Of a DNA stretch of 64,000 nt, positions 51,939-63,697 are shown piece after piece. This DNA comes from Octopus bimaculoides (taxonomy: Eukaryota). The notes beneath the pieces were generated by a model. The model made no database searches and was not told the origin of the DNA. It worked only from the letters and a program-made list of their open reading frames with translations. The number at the start of each line of letters is the position of its first letter. The stretch's first letter is position 1. The stretch is from positions 119,729,083 through 119,793,082 of the forward strand of contig NC_068984.1 of the NCBI RefSeq assembly GCF_001194135.2, in the 5' to 3' direction. Both the position numbers and the translations under genes were made by a program.

Positions 51939-51940
<2 letters not shown>
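51728..51940. mobile_element. mariner-like MITE
   Basis: 29-bp TIRs TGAGGGGGTGCTGAAAAGTTCCTGGCTTT / AAAGCCAGGAACTTTTCAGCACCCCCTTG with TA flanks; a partial copy is at 38985-39085. Confidence 0.8.
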
Positions 51941-52012
<72 letters not shown>

Positions 52013-52884
52013 GTTGATTGCTGGGCATTTTAGAAAGCATCACTGTCTTTGAGGAAGTGTTACTGGATACATAGCTATGTGTTGAGCAGAGCCAAACAGA
52101 ATAAGAAATAATTAATTTAAAAATGTTATTAATACTATACATTTTCAGAGTGTCACACGTAGCAATTAACCTTACAAAACCCAATGGCCAGTGTAATTTA
52201 TATATTTATTTTGTTCTTTAGTTATCTAACGAAGTTAAAGATTCCCCGATGATCAAATCTCATTAATTTCTAGCTGCTGACAAAGATGGTGTAGCCACTG
52301 TTTGTCTGCTGCAAGAAATAGCACTTGATAGCACTTGGTAATTAAGTCCACCTTCTCCATCACTGTGACAATCTTTATTCCTAGAAGACTTGGATTAGCT
52401 AATCTCTCAACTTCCAGCATCATGAAGTGATGAGGTTTCTCAGCTGAAGTTCACTTGTTCAGCAAGATAAGCAATCTGAGAAAAAAAAAAAAAAAAAAAA
52501 ATCAATGTCTTTTGCTTAAAATGGGATCTGTTCTAGATAGAGAGATGATAATTTCTTTAGGAAAGCAATAACTTTAATTAAAAAGTGATTCAGTGCATAG
52601 GAAACACTCTAGATTTAGTACACAGCCTCTCTAATGCATGTGGTGTGATAAAATTAACCCAGTCCAGGTTGTAAAGTATTGGGGACAGAAAGGGCATCTA
52701 ACCCTAAAAACCTTTTCAAGTAAGGTAATATTTCCTCATGGCCAGATAGGTTTTTCACGGAAGACTGAAAATGTGCAACCTCACTTGTATTGCAGTGGTG
52801 CAAATTTACACTCGATGCATGATATCATGACAAGGGTACACATACGTGTGTGCACACGCACACACACGCACATATTTGAGATAC

Positions 52885-52934
<50 letters not shown>

Positions 52935-53288
52935 CAGCACCTAGTACACTGTAAAATGGTTGATGTTAGGAAGGGCATCAAGCTGTAGAAACCATGCCAA
53001 AACAGATTGAAGCTTGGTTAGCTCTCTAGCTGACCAGCACTTGTTAAACCATCCAACCTATACTAGCATGCAAAACAGATGTTAATGATGTTAATGATGA
53101 TGATGTGTATATATATATACACACACAGTCCAAGTGAAATTGAGAGAAAAATCAGAAAAGAAGTTTATTAATAAATTCCAACCCAAGCTGAATAAATAAG
53201 AATAATAATATTTAGAGGTACTATTTCTACTGCTACGACCACTACCACTAACAACAACAACAATACTAAAGGCTCTCATGATGGTCTT

Positions 53289-53592
53289 TTTCTTCTTCTT
53301 CTTCTTCTTAATCCTTTTTATCCCCTTGTGGAGCATAGGGCCTCAACAGTTATTTTCCACTTTTTGAGTTCATTGGCATGTTTCTTAGCTGCTTCCCATG
53401 CCAGGCCAGTGGTCCTGAGCTCAACCAAAATGCTCCGCTTCCATGCCTGCTTCGAGCATCTTTGCTTCCTTTTCCCCTGCGGGTTCTAGTCAAGTGCTTC
53501 TCGTGTCACATTTGAGGGTTCTTTCCGCAGTGCGTGTCCAATACATCTCCATTTCCTTTGTCTAATCTGAACATGTATGGGCTCCTGGTTGA
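53289..53592 (-). mobile_element. RTE/BovB-like LINE 3' end with (AAG)n tail
   Basis: QIRQRKWRCIGHALRKEPSNVTREALD*NPQGKRK...WKRS...WKITVEALCSTRG*, then AAGAAGAAG. Confidence 0.88.
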
Positions 53593-54003
53593 CGATAGCA
53601 GGAAAATACTAGCTAAGTTAAGAGAAATTGTTTTGATTTGCTAAAACTTATTTCAATTCGTTGTTTTAATTCCACAGTGTTTCAGGTTTTGATTAGGTAA
53701 GAACATTTTATTTCTCAAGCAAAATTTAGGCATTTTGCACACTAGCCATCATGACATCAATTCAACGAGATCTGCCCCAAAACATAAAATTTCGTCATTT
53801 TACGCACATGCACAAAAATGACGACACGAGTTCGCTACCAGACTCTGCTCATTTTTTCGTCAGATTGGTCCTACCCATTAATATAGATTCTAAATTTTTG
53901 AAAAATATCGAAATTTGATGAAAAATGTTTCATGGCTATAAACAGACATCTTATTAATGGTAATTTATTACCGAGTACCTCAACTAGTATATATTTATGT
54001 ATA

Positions 54004-54072
<69 letters not shown>

Positions 54073-55109
54073 ATACCTACATATATATGATCAATAAAAC
54101 ATATATCAGGAAAGAAGCACACTCTAAAGAATAGAGCAGTAATTATTAAAACAAAAAGTTAAATTCTTGTCATAGAGTTACCAGAGGCTTCATATCCACA
54201 CACACACATACTCACAAATTTATTTACAAGGTTTCGGTCAACTTGGAGCTACAGTAGAAGACACTAACTCCAGTTGTGGTGCAGTGGGATTGAACCCAAG
54301 ACCATGTTGATGGAAAGTATGTTTCTCAACCAAAAAAAAAAGGTTGGGGAAGAAAGACTGGAGAGGCTGTAGACTTCACAAGGTGCAGTGTCTACAGTGA
54401 AGACAGCTTGTTTAATTTTCAGAGAGCAGTAACTCTGAATAGAAACTGATACAGGGTCATGGAGAATCTTTAGTTTTTTTTTTTTTTATGAAGGCAGCCC
54501 CCTCTTGTGATGTGGCTTGATAAAATGTACACACTCCATGCTGTTTTTTAATAGGTAATAGGAAGAGCATTTTGCTGTTAAAGCCAAACAAAGACACCCA
54601 AACCCCCCAAAAAACCCATAAAATTTGTTGGTTTTTCTCTGCATGCTAGATGATAAAAGACCTTGACAAGCAGCAAGACAAAACATTGAGACCAGTTCGA
54701 CCCATGTCAGCATAGAATGATAGATGTAAAATGATGATGACGCAATTGTGTTATTTTTGTCTATGGTTTTAGTTTGTTATTTTTTTAAAAGTCATATCAA
54801 GAGAAATCTATTTTCCATAAGGCAATTTATGCTAGCCAAATAAGACTATCTTTCAACACGACCTTCACCACCACCATACCACTGCCACCACCACCACCAC
54901 CACCACTACCACAACCACCACCACCACAACCACCNNNNNNNNNNACCACAACCACCACCACCACAACCACCACCACCACAACCACCACCACCACAACCAC
55001 TTCTGTTACTATGGTCTGAGTATTCAGTTGGTCTTAAGTTGATATATGAAATAATAAATAGGTGATGTGTCTGTGTGAAAATGATAATGTTCATTTTCTA
55101 TTCTGTTAG

Positions 55110-55173
55110 AAAGTTGTCATTATGACCTTTCAATCAGTCCAATCGATAACTGACGTGAATGAATATAGAATCG
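55110..55173 (+). other. Candidate orphan exon (64 nt)
   Basis: Acceptor ttcattttctattctgttAG|, donor TCG|GTATGT. Only phase 0 is open: KVVIMTFQSVQSITDVNEYRI, with an in-frame ATG at 55122. Not phase-compatible with a direct join to exon 6. Confidence 0.3.
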
Positions 55174-55752
55174 GTATGTCTGTGACTTGGCTTCTTAGTG
55201 ACTTCAAATATCAGTCTTATATACTTTACGAAGGTTTGGCAGCAGTTAAACAGTTTATAATAAAAGAGTATTGATTTATTTACTTCTTTTATTTTTATTT
55301 TCGAAGTCTAGGCATGATGCTCATTAGGTTACAAACTAATGAAATAACTCAACTATGCTGACTCCAGTATGTGGATGATGTGGCTGGGGTTCATTTTATC
55401 AACCTCTAGGGAGGTTCATAGGATAACTTAACCCCAACTGAGATTTCAACTTGGACTGGGCTGGTGATGAGGGATATCGAATTAGATACTGTAAATAAAA
55501 TATCCTGTCTGAGTGTCCATTGTTGGCATCAGTTCCACACATTTCCTTAGAATTTTTGAAGCAATAGCAATGAGGTTATTCTCACTTGCTTCAAAATGAT
55601 ATATTTTCTGTGAATGCTTATTGTCAAAATTTACTCTCCTGTCTGTTGCTCTCTTTTTTCCAATTTTTCATCCTCTTGCTATATGACCTCTTTGATATTT
55701 CATAATAAACACGGACAAGAATTGTTTTTGAGATTTAACATTCATATATAAT

Positions 55753-55805
<53 letters not shown>

Positions 55806-56084
55806 CATTTCTATGTGAAGTTATACAACAATTCAATGTGAAATTGAAGAATCACTCAACATGTTTTACTAGAGTACAGATTGATGAATTTTTCTAAGAA
55901 AAAGGAGATTGGTAGTGACTTTGAATTGTCTGTTCACTACTTGTTACCAGATTGATGATGATTGATGATTTGTAGGCCGAAACTTCAAAGTCATTTGCTC
56001 TCTCTCTCTTTCCCTCTCTGTTTGACTGTCTGTCTGCTAGTTTGTCTCTTTGTCTCTCTGTCTGTCAGTCTTTCTCCCACTCTG

Positions 56085-56121
<37 letters not shown>

Positions 56122-56382
56122 TCATTTACTTATTTAAGTTACTGGACTGTGGCTGTAGTGGGACACTACCATAAAAGGTTTAGCTAGACAAGTTGACCTA
56201 ATACATATTTCAAGTCGGGAACTTATTCTGCTAGGTTGTGGAAATGTAAACAAACCAACACCAGTTCTCAAGTGGTGGGAAGCACACACATGCACGCATA
56301 TACACAGACACATACATACTTGCATACATACCTACATAGTGGCTGCTTTCTTGTATATGAGCAAAGCAATTGCTAGAAAGAA

Positions 56383-56570
56383 TCATTGAAATGAGTCATT
56401 GGTAATGCAATGTGGGGTCCTTATATGACTCTTGAGCCCTGCCAAAGATTTGCTCATTTTATTACATAATGTACTGTTGTGCTGGCTGGCAGAAGGAACC
56501 GGTGCCATAACATGAAGTCTTTTGACATGTCTTTTTAATTCTCCAACTGAATGGCACATTTTGCCACATA
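56383..56570 (-). mobile_element. Two decayed C2H2 zinc fingers, probably from a LINE C-terminus
   Basis: CGKMCHSVGELKRHVKRLH and LCNKMSKSLAGLKSHIRTPH; no splice signals or upstream coding context. Confidence 0.5.
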
Positions 56571-56573
56571 CAT

Positions 56574-56625
<52 letters not shown>

Positions 56626-56632
<7 letters not shown>

Positions 56633-56852
56633 ACTATTGAGAAATCTGCAGTTACTCTATCCAGATTACAAGTTCAGGTTTATACCTGTAATTATTGGCG
56701 CCCTGGGATATGTAGCACACTGCCTAAATACCAGTCTTGAGAAATTAGGTTTCTCAAAACCAGAAGGGAGAAAGCTAATTCGAAGACTACAGATCCAGTC
56801 CATCACTGGAACTGTAAAAATCTGTAAAACTTTCCAGAAGTTTATCATTTAA
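56626..56852 (+). mobile_element. RLE-clade (R4/Dong/NeSL-like) non-LTR retrotransposon 3' end
   Basis: LRNLQLLYPDYKFRFIPVIIGALGYVAHCLNTSLEKLGF...LQIQSITGTVKICKTF* matches the 'IPIVIGALG...LxKxxLLGTxxI' terminus. Confidence 0.75.
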
Positions 56853-57354
56853 ATATATATGAACATGTCTAGATATGCAACTATGTGCATGAGAATACAT
56901 ACATAAAACACACAAATCTGCATGCAGATGCATGCATGTATGCATACATACATACATACATGCATACATACATACAAATAAACAAACAAACAAGCAAAAA
57001 TACCCTGTTGTTGATGTTGAAATTCCAATGAAGGAACCTTGGATCTAGGTTAGAAACTGGTTCTTTCGCTATTAGCAAGAAATCTTGAAATAAACTAAAT
57101 AATGACATACATACATACATATAGGTAGACAGACAGACACACATACATGTGCACATGCATTCACAATGGGCAACAGGCTCCTACACAGTTGTCATCTACC
57201 AGATTCGCTCACAAGGTACTAGTTAGCTCAGGGCTATAGTAGAAGGCACTTGCACAAGGTGCTGTGCAACTGAATTGAACCTAAAACTATGTAGTTCCCA
57301 AGCAAACTTCTTGAACACTCAGCCATGCCTACATATCTCTCTCTCTCTCTCTCT

Positions 57355-57395
<41 letters not shown>

Positions 57396-57814
57396 ATATT
57401 GAATGTTGTGTGATATTGACCACAGTTTTGAAATAATCTGATTTGGTTCATTTGTTCATATTTCCGCATGGGTTATGAGTTCAAATTAATTCTATATCAG
57501 TTGCATTTCCTCCTTTCTCTGTAGAGCACTAAGTTTTTCATGCCCCAGTTTACCTCACAGTAGGAGAACTGTCACAAAATCAACTTTATCTTCTGCAGCA
57601 GACTGGTATGCAATCCATATTGAGATTTCTCTCCCATCCATTTATTTTGACAAAATCTATAGTTAAGTGCTTGCATTATCATCTGTTGTGATTTGTGGAG
57701 TCATCAGCCATCATTTTCTATCAATCACAAATAACTTTAGCTATCACATTCAATTTCAGCATTAACATCACTGTGTCTTGTTTGATCTTCTTGACAAGTT
57801 CTAGGCAGTAGTGC

Positions 57815-58435
57815 TTAACCCTTTCATTACCATATTCTGTTGAAATACACTATCTTTGTTTCAATTGATTTTGAAAATAATGAAGTTAAGTTGAATAATG
57901 AAGCTAAGTTGAATTTTGGAACATAAATTAGCATGAAATTTCGATGGAATGTTTTAATTTAGATCACTTTAACCCTTTAGCAGTGCTGGTGCCATGTAAA
58001 AAGCATTGGTACTGGTGCTGCATTTAAGCACCCAGTACACTCTGTAAAGTGGTTGGTGTTAGGAACAGCCCGTCAGCTGGTCAGCTTCTGTCAAATCATC
58101 CAGCCTATACCAGCATGGAAAATGGACGTTGAATGATGATGATGATGATGATGATAATGATGATTATTCTGTCAAAAGTAATGCTTAATTATTCACATTG
58201 TTTTGAATTAGTCATACATTATCTCATAGCTTTCGAGATTTCAATAATGTGATTGTTTACTTTTAGAATGACATTGTAGGGTTGATATGAGAGTCCAGTT
58301 CTGACCAATTTGAACATAATGTAGGTAGAATATTTTGGCTGAATATGGCCAGTTTAAAAGCTAAAGGGTTAAAAACAGGAAGTTTGTATCATGCAACAGG
58401 GGCAGACTCAGGTGAGTTGGTATGAAAAAGGTTAA
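57815..58435. mobile_element. piggyBac-like MITE family B containing a family A MITE that contains a SINE
   Basis: Outer TTAA-CCCTTTCATTACC...GGTATGAAAAAGG-TTAA; inner TTAA-CCCTTTAGCA(57969)...GCTAAAGGG-TTAA(58372); SINE at about 57981-58160. Other B copies at 60367-60730 and 62004-62240. Confidence 0.8.
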
Positions 58436-58740
58436 GCTTTTGATACCAGTCTTCATGAGACTACCCCTGGTTCTATGTTACCAACCTGTTTATATTAAGG
58501 TGTTTACATTTAAATCTAAGCCTCCTTATCTTAATTTTATGTAAGAACCTTTTGATATGTCTTAGGTATCAGCTTAATAATGGAGAAGGTAGTTATTTTA
58601 CTAAGCTGTTCAAAATACTAAATAAGGCCACAAACATTCCATGACAATTCTATATAGCCTCCACTTAGTTCTTAAATGAAGGTTTATTGATTTTCTTTAA
58701 ATGTTATAAGTAATTTAGGCTAATGAAGCGTACATGGATT

Positions 58741-59466
58741 TTAACCCTTTGATGTTGGGATTATTCTGTCAAATGTAATACTTGTTAATTCATATTGTTC
58801 TATATTTAAGAGATGAGGAATTCTGTACATTATTTACATTATTTACATTGGACGGATACCCATAAACTGACTACAGTCTGTCTACCTGATGTGAAAGGCC
58901 TCTCGGAGGAGATACAAAAAATATGCGGTCCATATGACATCAGGACAGTATTCAAGAGTAATACAACACATTGCAAATATCTCCTTTGAGTAAAATCACC
59001 AATAGAAGAGGATATGACCAAAGACTGCGTGTACTCCATTCCATGCAGTTGTGGTAGGTTATACAAAGGCGAAACATTCCATCCACTCAAAATAAGGGTA
59101 GAGGAACATCGTAAAGCTGTGACATGAGGAGATGTTGAAAAATCGGGTATAGCTGATCATGTATGGAAAAACGGAGACCACCTTCCCCTGTAGGATGAAG
59201 TTAAAATAATAATCCGAGAACACCGGTGGAAAATATGAAAACGAAAACAGGCAGCACATATGCTAGGACACAAAAACCTCCTAAGCAGACCTAGTGCAGA
59301 TATGAGTAGAATATGGGAACCGGTATTAATGAAGGATACAAAAATATTTGGTTTATAAGCCCTAAAATTCACTCTATAATTGCCCACAGGCTTATAGTGT
59401 AATGGTTAAGAGCACAGGCTACTAACTCCAAAATTCCGAGTTCAATTCCAGGCAGTGCCTTGAATA

Positions 59467-59500
<34 letters not shown>

Positions 59501-59835
59501 TCAGCAAAAATACCTTAGGAATGAGAACCCAGGGTTGGGTTCAAAATTCCATCAGGACACCTGATGAAGGCTGGAGAGTAAATCAACGGAAATGTTGTGG
59601 TAACAACAAACAAGACTAGGACACATATCCGTCCAATGTAAATAATGTTATCAATTCATATTGTTTTGAATTAATCAAGCATTATCTTGTTGCTTTGAGA
59701 TTTTGATGATGTAATCATTTATTTTTAGAATGACGTCGTAGGGTAGATGGAAGAAGCCAGATCTGGCCAGTTTGAACATAAAACATGTAAAATAATTTGG
59801 CCAGATATGGCTGGTTTAAAACACTAAAGGGTTAA
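58741..59835. mobile_element. piggyBac-like MITE family A hosting a Penelope insertion
   Basis: TTAACCCTTT at 58741 and AAAGGGTTAA ending at 59835. The MITE sequence resumes at 59653 after a 13-bp duplication. Confidence 0.8.
58800..59652 (+). mobile_element. 5'-truncated Penelope-like element: GIY-YIG endonuclease pseudo-ORF plus pLTR, with inverted pLTR at the 5' end
   Basis: One frame at 58861-59358 reads ...VYSIPCSCGRLYKGETFHPLKIRVEEHRKAV*GDVEKSGIADHVW... with 4 internal stops. A 23-bp inverted repeat lies at 58836-58858 / 59626-59648, and the TSD AATTCATATTGTT at 58787-99 / 59653-65. Confidence 0.9.
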
Positions 59836-61638
59836 TGACATGAGCAATCTTATCCAAGTAACTCTAAAACCTGAAAAAACCCATCTAATTTAAAGAACAT
59901 TTTGTCAGTATTCAGTACTAGTTTGACAACTAATATTTTCAGCAATGTCTTCTGAGAATAATTGAGAAAATGACACTTTTGTGACCTGCATTGTTGGGAA
60001 AGAACAACATTATGTTCATTTGTAGAATGCTCTGAATAAGTAAACATTCAACAGAAACAAGCCCATTGATATACTAAAGTTATTAAATATGGCCTATAAT
60101 TGTAGAATAACAAAACAGAGCAGTTCTCCTATTCAGGTGAAACAAAGAAGAATATCTATTCTGGGTCATTATTGTGGTTATTATGAAGCCTGGCATAATT
60201 GATTGTGTACATAATCACCTGTTGGTGGGTGTTGGTTTTTGATGATATATTTAACAAGCTTGTTACACACCACCCACCATGCAAAATATGAATCAGAACC
60301 AGTACTTGGTTCTAGTGGTAGGACTAGCTAAGTTAATTGAGACGCTGATATGGAGAGAAACAAAAATTAACCCTTTTGTTCTCGTATCTGTTGTGAAATG
60401 CATTGTGTTTCAATTCATCATCATTGAATGTTTGTTTTCCATACTGGCATGAATTGGATGGTTTGATAGAAGCAGGCATGCCAGAGGATTGTGCTAAGTT
60501 TTAGTGTCTGCTTTGGTATGGTTTCTTTGGTTGGGTGCAATTCCTGACACCTATCACTTTTGAAAATAATGAAGAATTTCAAAGAAGTTAGTAAAACAAC
60601 TTTTTCATTATTAAACAGATGCTTGGAATAGAACTAGGTAAAAATGGTTTAAATATGAACATTTTAAAAGATGAAGTTTTGTATCACAGAACCAGAGGTG
60701 GTCTTGGGTAGGTTGGTATTGAAAGGGTAAATGTAAATTGTGTATTTTGGTTATAAACACCAAATGGCACTACTAACCAAAGACTGACACTATTAACTTG
60801 GCTATGTGTAACATGACACTTCTGGTACACGAAAACCCCACAAAATATTTCAGCTCCAAAATGGTGTGCAAATTCCCATGACATTAGAGTATAGATCATG
60901 CTTCTGGAACATTGCAATCATCAAATATCAACACAATATTTGGCCAATGAGGGAATATCTTGTGCATTCAAACTGCTAAAATAACAACCAAATCTTTTAG
61001 AATTACATCTTCCTGTCTTGAAAACAGCAAGGTCACATGAGATCATACAGTCCTAGATATATGATGCTTGAAAGAAGGCTGGGATGGTCATGGATGGAAT
61101 GTCTTTCATCATAGGTATGCTCAGTCTGGGTTGACTCAAGGCTAAGCAACAACAGTGGTGAGCCAATATGAAAGCTTTTATGTGGTCGCTCTCCCTGCTA
61201 GAAACATTTACTGAATCTTCATCAAGCTAGACTTTACTGTCTTGTAAAACAGAAAGGACACATTGAATAATGTAGTCTTAGACATCTCTAAAAGAGACAG
61301 GATGGTCATGGCTGGAGTGCTTTCAATCATAGTGCTGCTTATTCAGAGTTGATCTGGGCTGTATAGCAACAACCATATTGGCTGTCTCAAAGAACAACCA
61401 CGAAATTGTTGAGCAAAAATGTTTTCATCAATGCTACTATTGTTTGCCCATCATTAAGATGTCTTCTCTCCAACTCTTTTGTTAACAGGTGCAGGTGTAG
61501 CTGTGGTAATAAGTTTGCTTCCCAGTCATATGATTTCAGGTTCAGTTCCACTGCATGGCACTTTGGGCGAGTGTCTTCTACTATAGTCCTGGGTTGACTT
61601 ATGAGTGAATTTGGTAGATAGACACTGAAAGAAGCTTG

Positions 61639-61689
<51 letters not shown>

Positions 61690-62689
61690 TGTGTGTGTCT
61701 TTGTGCCTGTGTTTGTCCCTCCCCCCCAACTTGTATTGGTTTGTTTACATCCACATAACTTAGCAATAAAATAAGTACCAGATTTAAAAAAAAGGTAAGT
61801 CCTGGAGTCCATTTGTTTGACTAAAATTCTTCAAAGCAGTGCCCCAGCATGGCCTCAATCTAATGACTAAAGCAAGCAGGAGATAAAATAAATTTACCTA
61901 TGTATCACTGAATCTGATAATCACTTAAATCCAAGCATATTCAATACACTCTTATTGTTTCTTAACATGTCTCTTCCATGGTGTCTCCTCTGTCAGTCTT
62001 GTATTAACCCCTTTTGTTAACATGTATGTTTCTACTGAAATACATTATCTTTGTTTTAATTAATTTTAGAAAATAATGAAGAATTTACTAAAACAATTTT
62101 GTCTTTAAACTGATATTTGGAACATAAATTAATACAAAACTTTTGATGGAAGGTTTTAATTTAGACCACTTCCTAACAAGAACTTTGTATCATAGAACTA
62201 GAGGTAGTTGCAGGCCAGGCAGGTTGGTATCAAAAGGGTGAAAGCTTTTATAACCCCGTAACACTTCTTCCCCAGTACTGCATCTCTCATTAACCCTCAC
62301 CTCATCTTTTCTCTCTGCTAACTAGCCTTCGGCTGTTCAATATAGACATTAATATAAACATTAATCACACTGACCTAAATCAGATAATCATGTTCCTTCA
62401 GTAAAGAAGCATCAGTAAAAAAAAATCTATGGTCACTGAACCACTTCTGTCGATTTCATAATTAAAAGAATAAATAGGTTAAAGAAAGGTTTTCTAATAC
62501 AAGGATGACATTTCAAGATACTGTAGTATGCATGTATACTATATTCAATTAATTTTAATTAAAATTTCTTGGTTTTTGACTAGAATTTCTAATTTGAATA
62601 ACAATTGCTTTTCACATTAGGGAGGTAATATTCATTTAAATTTCTTAAGCTTAATGCATGAAGTATGTTACCACCAATGTTACATACAT

Positions 62690-63063
62690 GCTTACATACA
62701 GGTGTATGTGGGTATGTGTGTCCCTGTGTGTGAATGTATATATGTAAGTCTGTATATATATGTGTTTCTATATACATACATACATACATACTTACAGGTG
62801 TGTGTGGGTATGTGTGTCCCTGTGTGTGAATGTATATATGTAAGTCTGTATATATAGATATAGATATTTGTGTATATAGATATGTGTGTTTCTATATATT
62901 TATGTGTGTGTGTCTGTATATATGCATGTGTGTGTATATATATGTACACACACATCTATATATATGCACACAAACATATATGCACACATACATGCATATA
63001 TGTGTGTATGTGTGTATATATATGTACACACACATCTATATATATGCACACAAACATATATGC
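62690..63063. repeat. Microsatellite-derived minisatellite arrays running into a 603-N gap
   Basis: The unit caggtgt(a/g)tgtgggtatgtgtgtccctgtgtgtgaatgtatatatgtaagtctg occurs twice, then atatatgtacacacacatctatatatatgcacacaaacatatatgc twice. Confidence 0.8.
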
Positions 63064-63666
63064 NNNNNNNNNNNNNNNNNNNNNNNNNNNNNNNNNNNNN
63101 NNNNNNNNNNNNNNNNNNNNNNNNNNNNNNNNNNNNNNNNNNNNNNNNNNNNNNNNNNNNNNNNNNNNNNNNNNNNNNNNNNNNNNNNNNNNNNNNNNNN
63201 NNNNNNNNNNNNNNNNNNNNNNNNNNNNNNNNNNNNNNNNNNNNNNNNNNNNNNNNNNNNNNNNNNNNNNNNNNNNNNNNNNNNNNNNNNNNNNNNNNNN
63301 NNNNNNNNNNNNNNNNNNNNNNNNNNNNNNNNNNNNNNNNNNNNNNNNNNNNNNNNNNNNNNNNNNNNNNNNNNNNNNNNNNNNNNNNNNNNNNNNNNNN
63401 NNNNNNNNNNNNNNNNNNNNNNNNNNNNNNNNNNNNNNNNNNNNNNNNNNNNNNNNNNNNNNNNNNNNNNNNNNNNNNNNNNNNNNNNNNNNNNNNNNNN
63501 NNNNNNNNNNNNNNNNNNNNNNNNNNNNNNNNNNNNNNNNNNNNNNNNNNNNNNNNNNNNNNNNNNNNNNNNNNNNNNNNNNNNNNNNNNNNNNNNNNNN
63601 NNNNNNNNNNNNNNNNNNNNNNNNNNNNNNNNNNNNNNNNNNNNNNNNNNNNNNNNNNNNNNNNNN

Positions 63667-63697
<31 letters not shown>

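Noticed and set aside
62325-62403. Strong-looking acceptor with a phase-2 open frame (DLRLFNIDIN...MFLQ*)
   Set aside because: No Trx similarity beyond FNID; no supporting downstream structure.
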